The position numbers and the translations under genes are program-made. From Dysgonamonadaceae bacterium (GTDB lineage: Bacteria > Bacteroidota > Bacteroidia > Bacteroidales > Dysgonomonadaceae): DNA of 24,000 nt. Within the stretch, counting starts at the first letter, position 1, and the number at the start of each line of letters is the position of its first letter. The notes beneath the pieces are model-generated. The model searched no databases, had not been told where the DNA came from, and saw nothing but the letters and a program-made list of their open reading frames with translations. The DNA lies in contig DAMBHY010000003.1 of NCBI GenBank assembly GCA_032068765.1, positions 91,319-115,318 on the forward strand. The letters are read 5' to 3'. Shown here piece after piece: positions 1-8,760 of this stretch.

Positions 1-343
1 CCAGTTTATCGAAGGTTTTCAATAATTCAGGGTCAACTTCATCCATGCTCTTCTTCTCTTTCTTAGCACGAGGGTCGGCATAATAAATAATATCCTGAAA
101 ATCGATTGGCGGAATATTTAAATGTGCCCAATCAGGCATTGGCATTGAAAGCCAATATCTGTAGGCCTTAAGTCTGTATTCAAGAAGCCATTCCGGCTCG
201 TTTTTTTTGGCTGAAATCAGTCGAATTACGTCTTCATTCAACCCTTTGGGTATAGTTTCTGTTTCAATATCTGTGGTAAAACCAAATTTGTAATCCCCTT
301 CGGTGATTTCATTCAAAATTTGGTCTTGGTCAAGTTCCTGCAT
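1..343 (-). CDS. sufB: Fe-S cluster assembly protein SufB, N-terminal part (gene runs off the left window edge)
   Basis: Hand translation of the reverse strand from ATG (complement of 341-343) gives MQELDQDQILNEITEGDYKFGFTTDIETETIPKGLNEDVIRLISAKKNEPEWLLEYRLKAYRYWLSMPMPDWAHL..., the characteristic SufB N-terminus. It stays open to position 1. It is absent from the ORF track because it is truncated. Confidence 0.85.
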   Translation of the reverse strand, partial: MQELDQDQILNEITEGDYKFGFTTDIETETIPKGLNEDVIRLISAKKNEPEWLLEYRLKAYRYWLSMPMPDWAHLNIPPIDFQDIIYYADPRAKKEKKSMDEVDPELLKTFDKL

Positions 344-422
344 ATATTTTGTTGTTTTGTTAAGAATAATAATACTTCCCAAACAATACACCTAAACGTT
401 TTGTTTAGTGGCTTGATAAATA

Positions 423-1289
423 TTATTTTGTTTTAAATAATTGCTCAACAATACTATTAGGTTTTAGTATTGCTTTAAGTTCAGAATAAGGAATAAAAAC
501 ATCAATATGTCCCATTGCATAGCAAGCGATTTCATAATTATTGTATGTATAATGTAACCCTATTTTATCAATCCAAAAATTATTATTTGGAACAATCTCT
601 CCTGCTGAAACCAAAAAGCCATTGGCCATCAGGGAATCCGGAGAAGTAATATTGTAATTCTTCATTATTTGCCTTACAATAATGTCAGAAAGACTTTTTT
701 TATACTCGGGAACGAATAAATCCTCTTCTGTTATTTGTTTGAAGTTTGTTAAGTCTATGTTATAAAATTCTATGCTGTATGAACCATGTGCACCGCCCGT
801 ATAATCACTGTATTCAATAGCATAGCTGAGAGATGCATTGTTTTGAAAAAGAATTTTATTTGACTTTGAAAGAGAATTCCAATACCAATGAGGTTTTTCT
901 CTGTATGGGTATTCTTTTAAATAATCTGAGGCTGATTCTCTATATAAGTCAGCATAATTCTCAACATACTTTTTTAGTGCAACCTGTGGTAGTAAAGTGT
1001 TGGTGTCATTGAAAAAGGTTGTGACAAATATCTTTTGTAACTTCTTTAAATCATTTTCAGTTTTAAATCTGTTTGGATATACAAATTTGATGTCCACCTG
1101 AGAATAAGGTATTGTTGTATCATTTTTCTCCACAAGATAAACTTTGTCTGAGAACTTTAGACTATCAAATTGCAATTTGACCTCTGAAGGAGGCAATATA
1201 GCCGCTTTTTGCTTTTGATTATTACATGAAAACAATGTCATTAATGCAATAATAGCACCAATACTTAATTTAGCTATGTTGAAATTCAT
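423..1289 (-). CDS. Lipoprotein, DUF3298/DUF4163-like (YTGGAHG motif)
   Basis: 288 aa. N-terminal signal peptide with lipobox LFSC. The YTGGAHGSY motif is, from memory, typical of DUF3298-family proteins. Starts 4 nt downstream of the pheS stop, so probably co-transcribed. Confidence 0.75.
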   Translation of the reverse strand: MNFNIAKLSIGAIIALMTLFSCNNQKQKAAILPPSEVKLQFDSLKFSDKVYLVEKNDTTIPYSQVDIKFVYPNRFKTENDLKKLQKIFVTTFFNDTNTLLPQVALKKYVENYADLYRESASDYLKEYPYREKPHWYWNSLSKSNKILFQNNASLSYAIEYSDYTGGAHGSYSIEFYNIDLTNFKQITEEDLFVPEYKKSLSDIIVRQIMKNYNITSPDSLMANGFLVSAGEIVPNNNFWIDKIGLHYTYNNYEIACYAMGHIDVFIPYSELKAILKPNSIVEQLFKTK

Positions 1290-1293
1290 AATT

Positions 1294-2313
1294 TTAATAT
1301 GCTGAGTGAAATTGTTTTAGAAACGACATATCATTTTCCGAGAACAGACGTAAATCTTTTACCTGATATTTTAAGTTAGTAATACGTTCGATTCCCATTC
1401 CCAAGGCATATCCTGAGTATGTTTTGCTGTCGATTCCGCAATTATCTAACACATTAGGGTCAACCATTCCGCATCCTAAGATTTCAACCCAGCCGGTATG
1501 TTTACAGAAAGGACAACCTTTGCCACCACAGATGTTACACGAAATATCCATTTCCGCACTTGGTTCGGTAAATGGAAAATAAGAGGGGCGCAATCTTATT
1601 TTTGTGTCTGAACCGAACATTTCCTTTGCAAAAAACAACAAAGCCTGTTTTAAATCTGCGAAAGAAACGTTTTTGTCAACGTAGAGAGCTTCAACCTGAT
1701 GGAAAAAGCAGTGAGCACGATAAGATATTGCTTCGTTGCGGTAAACGCGTCCTGGGCAAATAATGCGGATGGGAGGTTGAGAATTTTCCATTACACGTGT
1801 TTGTACTGACGATGTATGGGTGCGCAGAATAATATCGGGATGGCTTTCGACGAAAAATGTATCCTGCATATCACGTGCAGGATGGTCTTCAGCAAAGTTT
1901 AGTGATGAAAATACATGCCAGTCATCTTCAATCTCCGGGCCTTCTGCGATGGAAAACCCTAGTCTTTTGAAAATATCCAGGATTTCTTCACGTACCAAAG
2001 AAAGAGGATGGCGGTTACCAAGTTCGATAGGATATGCTGTGCGTGACAAATCTATCTGATTGTCAGTGCTGTTATTATTCTCAAATTGGTCTTTAAGAGA
2101 CTGTATTTTGTCCTGTGTTTTTTGTTTTAATTCATTTAGCAGCATTCCAACTTCACGCTTTTCGGCAGCAGGTACGTTTCTGAAATCGTCCATCAAAGCG
2201 GATATTAATCCTTTTTTACTTAAATATTTGATTCTTAAAGCGTCAATTTGTTCTACGTTGGAAGCGGTTAGTGCTTCAACCTCTAAAGTTAAGTTTTTTA
2301 TTTTCTCAATCAT
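1294..2313 (-). CDS. pheS: Phenylalanine--tRNA ligase alpha subunit
   Basis: 339 aa, full-length class II aaRS PheS pattern (HPARDMQDTFF, RTHTSSVQ, FPFTEPSAEMD, GMGIERI). Confidence 0.97.
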   Translation of the reverse strand: MIEKIKNLTLEVEALTASNVEQIDALRIKYLSKKGLISALMDDFRNVPAAEKREVGMLLNELKQKTQDKIQSLKDQFENNNSTDNQIDLSRTAYPIELGNRHPLSLVREEILDIFKRLGFSIAEGPEIEDDWHVFSSLNFAEDHPARDMQDTFFVESHPDIILRTHTSSVQTRVMENSQPPIRIICPGRVYRNEAISYRAHCFFHQVEALYVDKNVSFADLKQALLFFAKEMFGSDTKIRLRPSYFPFTEPSAEMDISCNICGGKGCPFCKHTGWVEILGCGMVDPNVLDNCGIDSKTYSGYALGMGIERITNLKYQVKDLRLFSENDMSFLKQFHSAY

Positions 2314-2357
2314 ATTTTGGGAATAAAATAGATATAACGTTTCGATAATTAAGGATG

Positions 2358-2365
2358 CAAAGTTA
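2358..2365 (-). promoter_or_regulatory. Bacteroidota -7 promoter box (TAacTTTG on the minus strand) for pheS
   Basis: Plus strand reads CAAAGTTA, the reverse complement of TAnnTTTG. It lies 45 nt upstream of the pheS ATG and just downstream of the fba terminator. Confidence 0.5.
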
Positions 2366-2397
2366 ACTTTTTCTTGTTGTAAATTTAAGGATATGAT

Positions 2398-2433
2398 ACA
2401 AAAAAATCCCCAATCAGAGGATGATTGAGGATT
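2398..2433 (-). terminator. Rho-independent terminator of fba
   Basis: 12-bp stem, AATCCCCAATCA (2405-2416) with TGATTGAGGATT (2422-2433), one mismatch, 5-nt loop. On the minus strand it is followed by a U-run (plus-strand A-run 2400-2406). Confidence 0.7.
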
Positions 2434-2455
2434 ATAAATATTTTAATATGAATTC

Positions 2456-3448
2456 TTATGCTTTGCCTGCGCTTCCCAAAACACTTTCTGTTTTGTGCAT
2501 GTAAAGTTTTTTCAATTCTTCGCGAGCAGGTCCCAAATATTTTCGTGGGTCAAATTCTTCGGGATGTTCAGCGAATACTTTTCTCACTGCTGCTGTCATA
2601 GCTAAACGACCGTCAGAATCAATATTGATTTTACATACTGCTGATGCAGCAGCTTTGCGTAATTGTTCTTCAGGAATACCTACAGAATCTTTCAATTTTC
2701 CACCATTGTTGTTGATGATTTCAACATATTCTTCAGGAACAGAAGAAGAACCGTGTAACACGATAGGGAATCCTGGAATTCTGCGTTCAATTTCTTCTAA
2801 GATATCGAATCTCAATGGAGGTGGAATTAATTTTCCTTCTTCATTACGTGTACATTGCTCTGCTGTAAATTTATATGCTCCGTGAGAAGTGCCTATTGAG
2901 ATAGCTAACGAATCAACACCTGTACGTTGAACGAAATCAACTACCTGATCTGGTTCTGTATATGTGTGGTGTTCTGCTTGTACATCATCTTCAATACCTG
3001 CCAAAACGCCCAATTCACCTTCTACAGTTACATCATATTGATGTGCATAATCAACAACTTGTTTTGTCAATGCTACATTTTCTTCGTAAGGAAGATGTGA
3101 ACCGTCAATCATCACGGATGAAAATCCATATTCGATACAGTTTTTGCAAAGTTCAAAACTGTCACCGTGATCAAGGTGAAGAACAATAGGAATTGCGTAA
3201 CCAAGTTCTTTAGCATATTCTACAGCTCCTTGAGCCATATAGCGCAACAATGTTTGGTTTGCGTACTTGCGCGCACCGCTTGAAACCTGTAAGATAACAG
3301 GAGATTTTGTAGCAACACAAGCAGAAATAATCGCCTGCAATTGCTCCATATTGTTGAAATTGAATGCGGGGATTGCATAACCACCATCAACTGCTTTTTT
3401 GAAAAGTTCTTTAGAGTTTACCAACCCTAGTTCTTTGTAACTTACCAT
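2456..3448 (-). CDS. fba: Class II fructose-1,6-bisphosphate aldolase
   Basis: 330 aa. Motifs AIPAFNFNN, PVILQVS, LHLDHG, GELG and SIGTSHGAYKF are typical of class II FBA. Confidence 0.95.
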   Translation of the reverse strand: MVSYKELGLVNSKELFKKAVDGGYAIPAFNFNNMEQLQAIISACVATKSPVILQVSSGARKYANQTLLRYMAQGAVEYAKELGYAIPIVLHLDHGDSFELCKNCIEYGFSSVMIDGSHLPYEENVALTKQVVDYAHQYDVTVEGELGVLAGIEDDVQAEHHTYTEPDQVVDFVQRTGVDSLAISIGTSHGAYKFTAEQCTRNEEGKLIPPPLRFDILEEIERRIPGFPIVLHGSSSVPEEYVEIINNNGGKLKDSVGIPEEQLRKAAASAVCKINIDSDGRLAMTAAVRKVFAEHPEEFDPRKYLGPAREELKKLYMHKTESVLGSAGKA

Positions 3449-3497
3449 GATGTAAAAATTTTATATTTATAACCTTAAAAAAATCTATATTTGAGTA

Positions 3498-3514
3498 CAA
3501 ATATAACAAATATA
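3498..3514 (-). promoter_or_regulatory. Two tandem -7 boxes (TAtaTTTG x2 on the minus strand) upstream of fba
   Basis: Plus strand has CAAATATA at 3498-3505 and again at 3507-3514, 50-66 nt upstream of the fba ATG. Confidence 0.5.
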
Positions 3515-3637
3515 GTGCTATTAAGATTATTTATTCATTCAATTTTAATTTAATCTATATAAACAGCACATTTTTGAAATTTTGTGGAGATTATTTTAAA
3601 TTTTTGCAACATTTATTTAAATATAAAATTAAAAGTT

Positions 3638-3645
3638 TATATTTG
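3638..3645 (+). promoter_or_regulatory. -7 promoter box TAtaTTTG for the DUF3467-DUF4492-cydAB unit
   Basis: Exact TAnnTTTG match; its last base lies 23 nt upstream of the 3669 ATG, in a very AT-rich divergent intergenic region. Confidence 0.55.
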
Positions 3646-3668
3646 CATAACTAAAAGTCATTAATTAA

Positions 3669-3983
3669 ATGGAAAATCCCACAGATAACGATTTTCAGAT
3701 TCAGATAGAACTCAACGAAGAAGTTGCACAAGGAACCTATTCAAATCTTGCAATAATATCGCATTCCAATTCGGAATTTGTATTGGATTTTGTGCGCGTA
3801 GTTCCGGGAGTTCCTAAAGCACAGGTGAAATCACGCATCATTCTTACACCCGAACATGCAAAAAGATTATTATTTGCATTGAAAGACAATGTGGATAAGT
3901 TCGAATCGATAAACGGCGAAGTGCGTTTGCAAAACAATCAGAACGCATTTTTTCCTCCGTTAGGCGGTATGGGTGAAGCTTAG
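3669..3983 (+). CDS. DUF3467 domain-containing protein
   Basis: 104 aa. The core QIELNEEVAQGTYSNLAIISHSNSEFVLDFVRVVPGVPKAQVKSRIILTPEHAKRLL matches my recollection of the DUF3467 family. Confidence 0.8.
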   Translation: MENPTDNDFQIQIELNEEVAQGTYSNLAIISHSNSEFVLDFVRVVPGVPKAQVKSRIILTPEHAKRLLFALKDNVDKFESINGEVRLQNNQNAFFPPLGGMGEA

Positions 3984-3990
3984 TTTCTTT

Positions 3991-4218
3991 ATGGAAGGAG
4001 AATCAAAACGATATAATTGGTTTACAATGTTTTGGGAAGGTTTCAAAAACATGAGTACCTTAGGCAAGACATTATGGACACTGGTTATTATCAAACTCAT
4101 CATAATGTTTATCATTCTAAGACCCTTTTTCTTTCCGAATTATATAAAGTCAAATTTCGATACTAAAGAAAAAAGAGAGAATTATTTACGAAACGAACTC
4201 ATAGATAGATCAAAATAA
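3991..4218 (+). CDS. Small membrane protein, DUF4492-like, upstream of cydA
   Basis: The track ORF starts at GTG 3973 and overlaps the preceding gene, so I prefer ATG 3991 (75 aa). One hydrophobic helix (TLWTLVIIKLIIMFIIL). Sits immediately 5' of cydA, as in other Bacteroidota. Confidence 0.7.
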   Translation: MEGESKRYNWFTMFWEGFKNMSTLGKTLWTLVIIKLIIMFIILRPFFFPNYIKSNFDTKEKRENYLRNELIDRSK

Positions 4219-4258
4219 ATTATTTTAAAAATTACACAGAAATAATTAATCAATATTT

Positions 4259-5821
4259 ATGGAATTATTAAATACATCGTTAGTAGAGTGGTCGAGAGCG
4301 CAATTTGCACTTACGGCGGCTTATCACTGGATTTTCGTGCCGCTGACGCTTGGATTGGGTGTTATCATGTCGATAATGGAAACAATCTATGTAAGGACAG
4401 GAGATCCAAAGTGGAAAACAATTGCTAAATTTTGGCAGACAATATTTGGTATAAATTTCGCAATTGGTATTGCAACAGGTATTATTTTGGAGTTCCAGTT
4501 TGGAACTAACTGGTCTAATTACAGCTGGTTTGTAGGGGATATTTTCGGAGCACCTTTAGCCATTGAGGGTATTCTCGCATTCTTTCTGGAAGCGACTTTC
4601 ATTTCTATCATGTTTTTTGGATGGAATCGTGTAAGTAAAAAAATGCACTTGGCATCTACATGGTTGACAATGTTGGGAGCAACTCTTTCCGCTTATTGGA
4701 TATTAGTGGCAAACGCATGGATGCAATATCCTGTGGGTATGGAATTCAATCCTGAAACTGTTCGTAATGAAATGGTTGATTTTTGGGCAGTAGCAGGGTC
4801 TCCAGTCGCAATCAATAAATTTTTCCATACTGTTTTCTCGTCATGGGGATTAGGAGCCGCGTTTGTTGTAGGCATATCTTCATGGTATCTATTGAAAAAA
4901 AGAGATGTTGATTTTGCTAAAAAGTCAATTGGAATTGCTTCTATCTTCGGATTTATTTCATTTCTTCTGATAGCTGTTACAGGCGATGGTTCAGGTTATC
5001 ATGTGGCTCAAAAACAACCAATGAAACTTGCCGCAATGGAAGGATTGTACAAAGGATATAATGGTGTAGGTATTGTAGCATTAGGAGCTTTAAATCCTTC
5101 CAAGTTGGCTTACGATGATGAAGTGAATCCTTATTTATTCAAGATTGAAATACCAAAAGCTTTATCAATGCTTGGATATCGCGACATGAACGCATTTGTG
5201 CCAGGTATTGTAGATATAAACAAGGGCGGATACTTATTACCTGATGGTACTAAGGCTTTGTCATTTGAAGAAAAGAAAGCAAAAGGACAAAAAGCAGTAG
5301 AAGCTTTATCGAAGTTCAAAAAAGCTAAAAATGAGAAAAAAGATACTGATGCGGCAAATTATGAAGCAGAATTGAAAGACAATTATAAATATTTTGGTTA
5401 TGCTTATTTGAATTCACCTGCGGATAATATTCCTAATGTGCCTTTGACATTCTATTCATTCCACATCATGGTGATGATTGGTGGATACTTCTTGTTATTC
5501 TTCCCAATCGTCTGGTATTTGAATAAAAAGAACAAGTTACAAGATAATAAGCTAGTTCTGTATTTGGGATTGGCAGGAATTCTCTTTGCATATCTTGCGA
5601 GCCAGTTGGGATGGGTAGTTGCTGAAGTGGGACGCCAACCATGGACAATTCAGGACGTACTACCTGTTCAGGCTGCTGTGTCTGGAGTTTCGACAGGAAA
5701 TGTAATTACAACATTCGTTTTGTTCGCCATATTATTTACTGCTCTTTTGATTGCTGAAGTTAAGATTATGACCACTCAAATTAAGAAAGGTCCAGGAAAT
5801 CTTAATAATGAACAATATTAA
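4259..5821 (+). CDS. cydA: Cytochrome bd ubiquinol oxidase subunit I
   Basis: 520 aa polytopic membrane protein with a CydA-typical N-terminus (SRAQFALTAAYHWIFVPLTLG), a long lysine-rich Q-loop and GWVVAEVGRQPW near the C-terminus. Confidence 0.97.
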   Translation: MELLNTSLVEWSRAQFALTAAYHWIFVPLTLGLGVIMSIMETIYVRTGDPKWKTIAKFWQTIFGINFAIGIATGIILEFQFGTNWSNYSWFVGDIFGAPLAIEGILAFFLEATFISIMFFGWNRVSKKMHLASTWLTMLGATLSAYWILVANAWMQYPVGMEFNPETVRNEMVDFWAVAGSPVAINKFFHTVFSSWGLGAAFVVGISSWYLLKKRDVDFAKKSIGIASIFGFISFLLIAVTGDGSGYHVAQKQPMKLAAMEGLYKGYNGVGIVALGALNPSKLAYDDEVNPYLFKIEIPKALSMLGYRDMNAFVPGIVDINKGGYLLPDGTKALSFEEKKAKGQKAVEALSKFKKAKNEKKDTDAANYEAELKDNYKYFGYAYLNSPADNIPNVPLTFYSFHIMVMIGGYFLLFFPIVWYLNKKNKLQDNKLVLYLGLAGILFAYLASQLGWVVAEVGRQPWTIQDVLPVQAAVSGVSTGNVITTFVLFAILFTALLIAEVKIMTTQIKKGPGNLNNEQY

Positions 5822-5854
5822 TACAGGTGAAAAACTAAAGAAAAAATTGAGATT

Positions 5855-7012
5855 ATGATGACATATTCATTTTTACAACATTACTGGTGGTTTATCGTAT
5901 CACTGTTGGCAGGATTGCTTGTATTTCTTATGTTTGTACAAGGTGGTCAATCCATGATCAGACAGTTAGGAAAAACAGAAGACCAAAGAAAACTTTTGAT
6001 AAATACGATTGGCAGTAAATGGGAATTCACCTTTACTACGCTCGTAACTTTTGGTGGCGCGTTCTTTGCATCATTTCCGTTGTTTTACTCAACAAGTTTC
6101 GGTGGTGCTTACTGGGTGTGGATGCTTCTCTTGTTTGTTTTCATCATTCAGGCAGTATCTTACGAGTATCAATCTAAACCCGGAAACGTTTTCGGAAAAG
6201 AAACTTACAGAACATTTTTGTTCATTAACGGAACTATTGCTCCGTTCGTAATTGGTGTGGCGGTAGCTACTTTCTTCACAGGTTCACTGTTCAGTGTAGG
6301 AAAAGAAAATATAATCGGGTTGAGTGGAACTGGCAATGCTATAAGTCGCTGGGAACATCCTCTTTATGGTTTGGAAGCATTGTTTAATGTGAGAAATCTG
6401 TTGCTCGGATTTGCAGTTTTGTTTCTTGCACGTACGTTAGCAAGTCTATATTTCGTAAATAGATTGAATGACGCCGCTTTAGAATCAAACGCTAAAAAAG
6501 CTTCTTTAAGAAATGGAATTATATTCGTAGTATTTTTCCTTGCTTTCTTAATATGGACTTTGTTTGCAGATGGATTTGCTGTAAATCCTGAAACACAACA
6601 AGTATATCTAGAGAAGATGAAATATCTAAATAATTTCATCGAAATGCCGATTATATTGATTTTCTTCCTTTTAGGAGTAGTAGCAGTATTATACGGAATA
6701 ATAAAAACATATATGAGTGCCAAATTCAAAAATGGTATTTGGTTTGCAGGAACAGGAACAGTTATCACCGTTACCATGCTGTTGTTAGTAGCTGGGTATA
6801 ACAACACAGCATATTATCCATCAGTATTTGGCGATATGAGCAGTTCCTTAACCATCCAAAATTCATCATCTAGTGAATTTACATTGATGGCTATGACCTT
6901 TGTTTCTATTCTAATTCCTTTTGTTTTCGCTTACATATTCTATGCTTGGCGTTCTTTGGAGAAAAAGAGAATGAGTGTGGAAGATATCAAATCCGAACCT
7001 CATAGTTATTAA
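5855..7012 (+). CDS. cydB: Cytochrome bd ubiquinol oxidase subunit II
   Basis: 385 aa polytopic membrane protein directly after cydA. CydB-like N-terminus (LQHYWWFIVSLLAGLLVFLMFVQGGQ). Confidence 0.95.
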   Translation: MMTYSFLQHYWWFIVSLLAGLLVFLMFVQGGQSMIRQLGKTEDQRKLLINTIGSKWEFTFTTLVTFGGAFFASFPLFYSTSFGGAYWVWMLLLFVFIIQAVSYEYQSKPGNVFGKETYRTFLFINGTIAPFVIGVAVATFFTGSLFSVGKENIIGLSGTGNAISRWEHPLYGLEALFNVRNLLLGFAVLFLARTLASLYFVNRLNDAALESNAKKASLRNGIIFVVFFLAFLIWTLFADGFAVNPETQQVYLEKMKYLNNFIEMPIILIFFLLGVVAVLYGIIKTYMSAKFKNGIWFAGTGTVITVTMLLLVAGYNNTAYYPSVFGDMSSSLTIQNSSSSEFTLMAMTFVSILIPFVFAYIFYAWRSLEKKRMSVEDIKSEPHSY

Positions 7013-7034
7013 TCGGCTGTAAGAATATATACAT

Positions 7035-7068
7035 AAAGACCCGTCAGTCATTGATGGGTCTTTCTATT
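7035..7068 (+). terminator. Probable intrinsic terminator of the cyd operon
   Basis: AAAGACCC (7035-7042) pairs with GGGTCTTT (7056-7063) around a 13-nt loop and is followed by CTATT. The U-tract is partly inside the stem. Confidence 0.6.
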
Positions 7069-7131
7069 AAATCTAAGTGTTATTTATTATTTAAAATTCA
7101 CTTTTCTTAAAGAACTAAACCTTAAATAATG

Positions 7132-7139
7132 TATATTTG
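7132..7139 (+). promoter_or_regulatory. -7 promoter box TAtaTTTG
   Basis: Exact TAnnTTTG match; its last base lies 24 nt upstream of ATG 7164. Confidence 0.55.
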
Positions 7140-7163
7140 CATTTGAATTATGGAACACCATAT

Positions 7164-8039
7164 ATGAAAAAGTACTTTCCAACATATTTATTTTTATTGA
7201 TTATTCTTGTTACAGGTTATTCATGTGACAACAAAAATAGTAAATTCAAGAAAGACAACCAATTATCGTTTTCTACACTTGAGGAGAATAAATCTATCAA
7301 ACTTGATTCAACGATTGCGCCGGGAAGTTACACTTTGAATATCAATTTTCTATATCCCAACACAGATAATAAAGAACTGAAGAAATTATTTGTAAAAAGT
7401 TTCTTTGGTGAAACTTATCAAGAACTGGAACCTGAACAAGCAGTCAAGAAATACATGGAAGATAGTTTCTCTGCCTATAAAGAAGATTCGAGCGAACTTT
7501 TCCAAATGCAGGAAGAATCCAGTGAGATGGAAGACAGCATTATCGGTATGGAATCGCACGACGAAGATGCTGAAATGGTAACGAATTTTGTTGAATCTAT
7601 TTCTAATAGTATCGTTTATAATGAATATCAGGTGGTTTCATACAAAGTCACGCAACGATATATGAAGGACAAACGCCGTGGAAGTGAGTCTATTAGAAAT
7701 TTTGTTGTAGACTTAACTACCAATTCTTTAATATCTTTTGAAGATATTTTCAGAGATGGAGCAGAGGACGAACTTCACCAATTGTTCATCAATAATCTTT
7801 TTAAACAAAACAATGTAAATTCCATTGAAGAACTGGAAGAATACGGATATTTTGGATTAGACGAATTGTATCCCAATGACAATCTTTTGGTTGACAATAA
7901 AGGTATTACTTTCTTATATAATCGTGGCGAATATTCCGCTATGCCTATCAAACCGATAGAAATATTTCTCCCTTACAAAGACATTTCATCTTTGCTGAAA
8001 CCAAATACGGTGATTGCTTATATTGCTTCCAAATCTTAA
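7164..8039 (+). CDS. Lipoprotein, diverged paralog of the 423-1289 DUF3298-like protein (lacks GGAHG)
   Basis: The track ORF starts at TTG 7137. ATG 7164 gives MKKYFPTYLFLLIILVTGYSC, a signal peptide with a lipobox. It aligns by eye with the 423-1289 product (INFLYPN..KELKKLFVKSFF vs IKFVYPN..LKKLQKIFVTTFF; IEIFLPYKDISSLLKPNTVI vs IDVFIPYSELKAILKPNSIV). Confidence 0.7.
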   Translation: MKKYFPTYLFLLIILVTGYSCDNKNSKFKKDNQLSFSTLEENKSIKLDSTIAPGSYTLNINFLYPNTDNKELKKLFVKSFFGETYQELEPEQAVKKYMEDSFSAYKEDSSELFQMQEESSEMEDSIIGMESHDEDAEMVTNFVESISNSIVYNEYQVVSYKVTQRYMKDKRRGSESIRNFVVDLTTNSLISFEDIFRDGAEDELHQLFINNLFKQNNVNSIEELEEYGYFGLDELYPNDNLLVDNKGITFLYNRGEYSAMPIKPIEIFLPYKDISSLLKPNTVIAYIASKS

Positions 8040-8040
8040 T

Positions 8041-8664
8041 ATGGATATAATCACACGCTATTTTCCACATCTTACAGAAGACCAAAAGAGCAAATTTGCC
8101 GCATTGGATGAATTGTATCGCGATTGGAATTCAAAAATCAACGTTATTTCCCGCAAGGATATAGATAATTTATACACACACCACGTACTGCATTCTTTGG
8201 CTATCGCAAGATATACGGCTTTTAAAAATGGTACAAATATCATGGATGTGGGTACAGGTGGTGGATTTCCGGGAGTTCCTCTGGCAATAATGATGCCCAA
8301 TGTACATTTTTTGATGATTGATAGTATCGGCAAAAAACTAAATGTAGCGAGAGAAATTTCAAAAGCAATAGGGTTGCAAAATGTGGAATTCAATCATGCA
8401 CGCGTAGAGGACGAAAAGCGATTGTTTGACTTTGTTGTGAGCCGAGCGGTAATGCCTTTGCAGGATTTGGTGAAAGTTACTCAGAAAAACATCGTCAAAC
8501 AACAAAACAACGCTTTGCCTAACGGCATCATCTGCCTGAAAGGCGGCGACTTGACGGAAGAAACCAAACCATTCAAAAAGTATGTAGAAATAATGCCATT
8601 AACCGATTTCTTCGAAGAAGAATTTTTTGAAACCAAAAAGTTGGTGTATTTACCCATGAGTTAA
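8041..8664 (+). CDS. rsmG: 16S rRNA (guanine527-N7)-methyltransferase RsmG (GidB)
   Basis: Trimmed to ATG 8041 (207 aa; the track start at 8014 overlaps the upstream gene). SAM-binding DVGTGGGFPGVPLAI and overall RsmG layout. Confidence 0.93.
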   Translation: MDIITRYFPHLTEDQKSKFAALDELYRDWNSKINVISRKDIDNLYTHHVLHSLAIARYTAFKNGTNIMDVGTGGGFPGVPLAIMMPNVHFLMIDSIGKKLNVAREISKAIGLQNVEFNHARVEDEKRLFDFVVSRAVMPLQDLVKVTQKNIVKQQNNALPNGIICLKGGDLTEETKPFKKYVEIMPLTDFFEEEFFETKKLVYLPMS

Positions 8665-8709
8665 CATTTAATTTTCTGGCAAATAGTAACTAAATACAAA
8701 AGAAAGTCT

Positions 8710-8717
8710 TATTTTTG
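8710..8717 (+). promoter_or_regulatory. -7 promoter box TAttTTTG
   Basis: Exact TAnnTTTG match; its last base lies 43 nt upstream of ATG 8761. Confidence 0.5.
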
Positions 8718-8760
8718 TGGTTATAAAACTTTCAATTTTATAGTATTTCATACTTACTTT

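Noticed and set aside
1572-2326. Plus-strand ORFs (63, 79 and 88 aa) inside pheS. The same applies to antisense or off-frame ORFs inside fba (2625-3189), cydA, cydB, rsmG, gcvP, the serine hydrolase (13036-14053), uppP, truB, queA, patatin, GH13 and prs
   Set aside because: All lie wholly within confidently identified genes, either antisense or in an alternative frame on the same strand (for example 6051-6251 in cydB and 10234-10473 in gcvP). All have biased, non-protein-like composition. They are shadow ORFs.
3973-3990. N-terminal extensions from GTG/TTG or upstream ATG starts in the track (3973, 7137, 8014, 18777, 21416)
   Set aside because: Several extensions overlap the upstream gene or its stop, or begin within or just after the TAnnTTTG promoter box. 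In every case an in-frame ATG a few codons downstream gives a canonical N-terminus (a signal peptide or the family-typical start).
423-8039. The oppositely oriented lipoprotein paralogs as inverted-repeat ends of an invertible or mobile segment
   Set aside because: Similarity is only at the diverged protein level, with no nucleotide-level inverted repeats. The enclosed genes are core housekeeping (pheS, fba, cydAB), and no recombinase is present.
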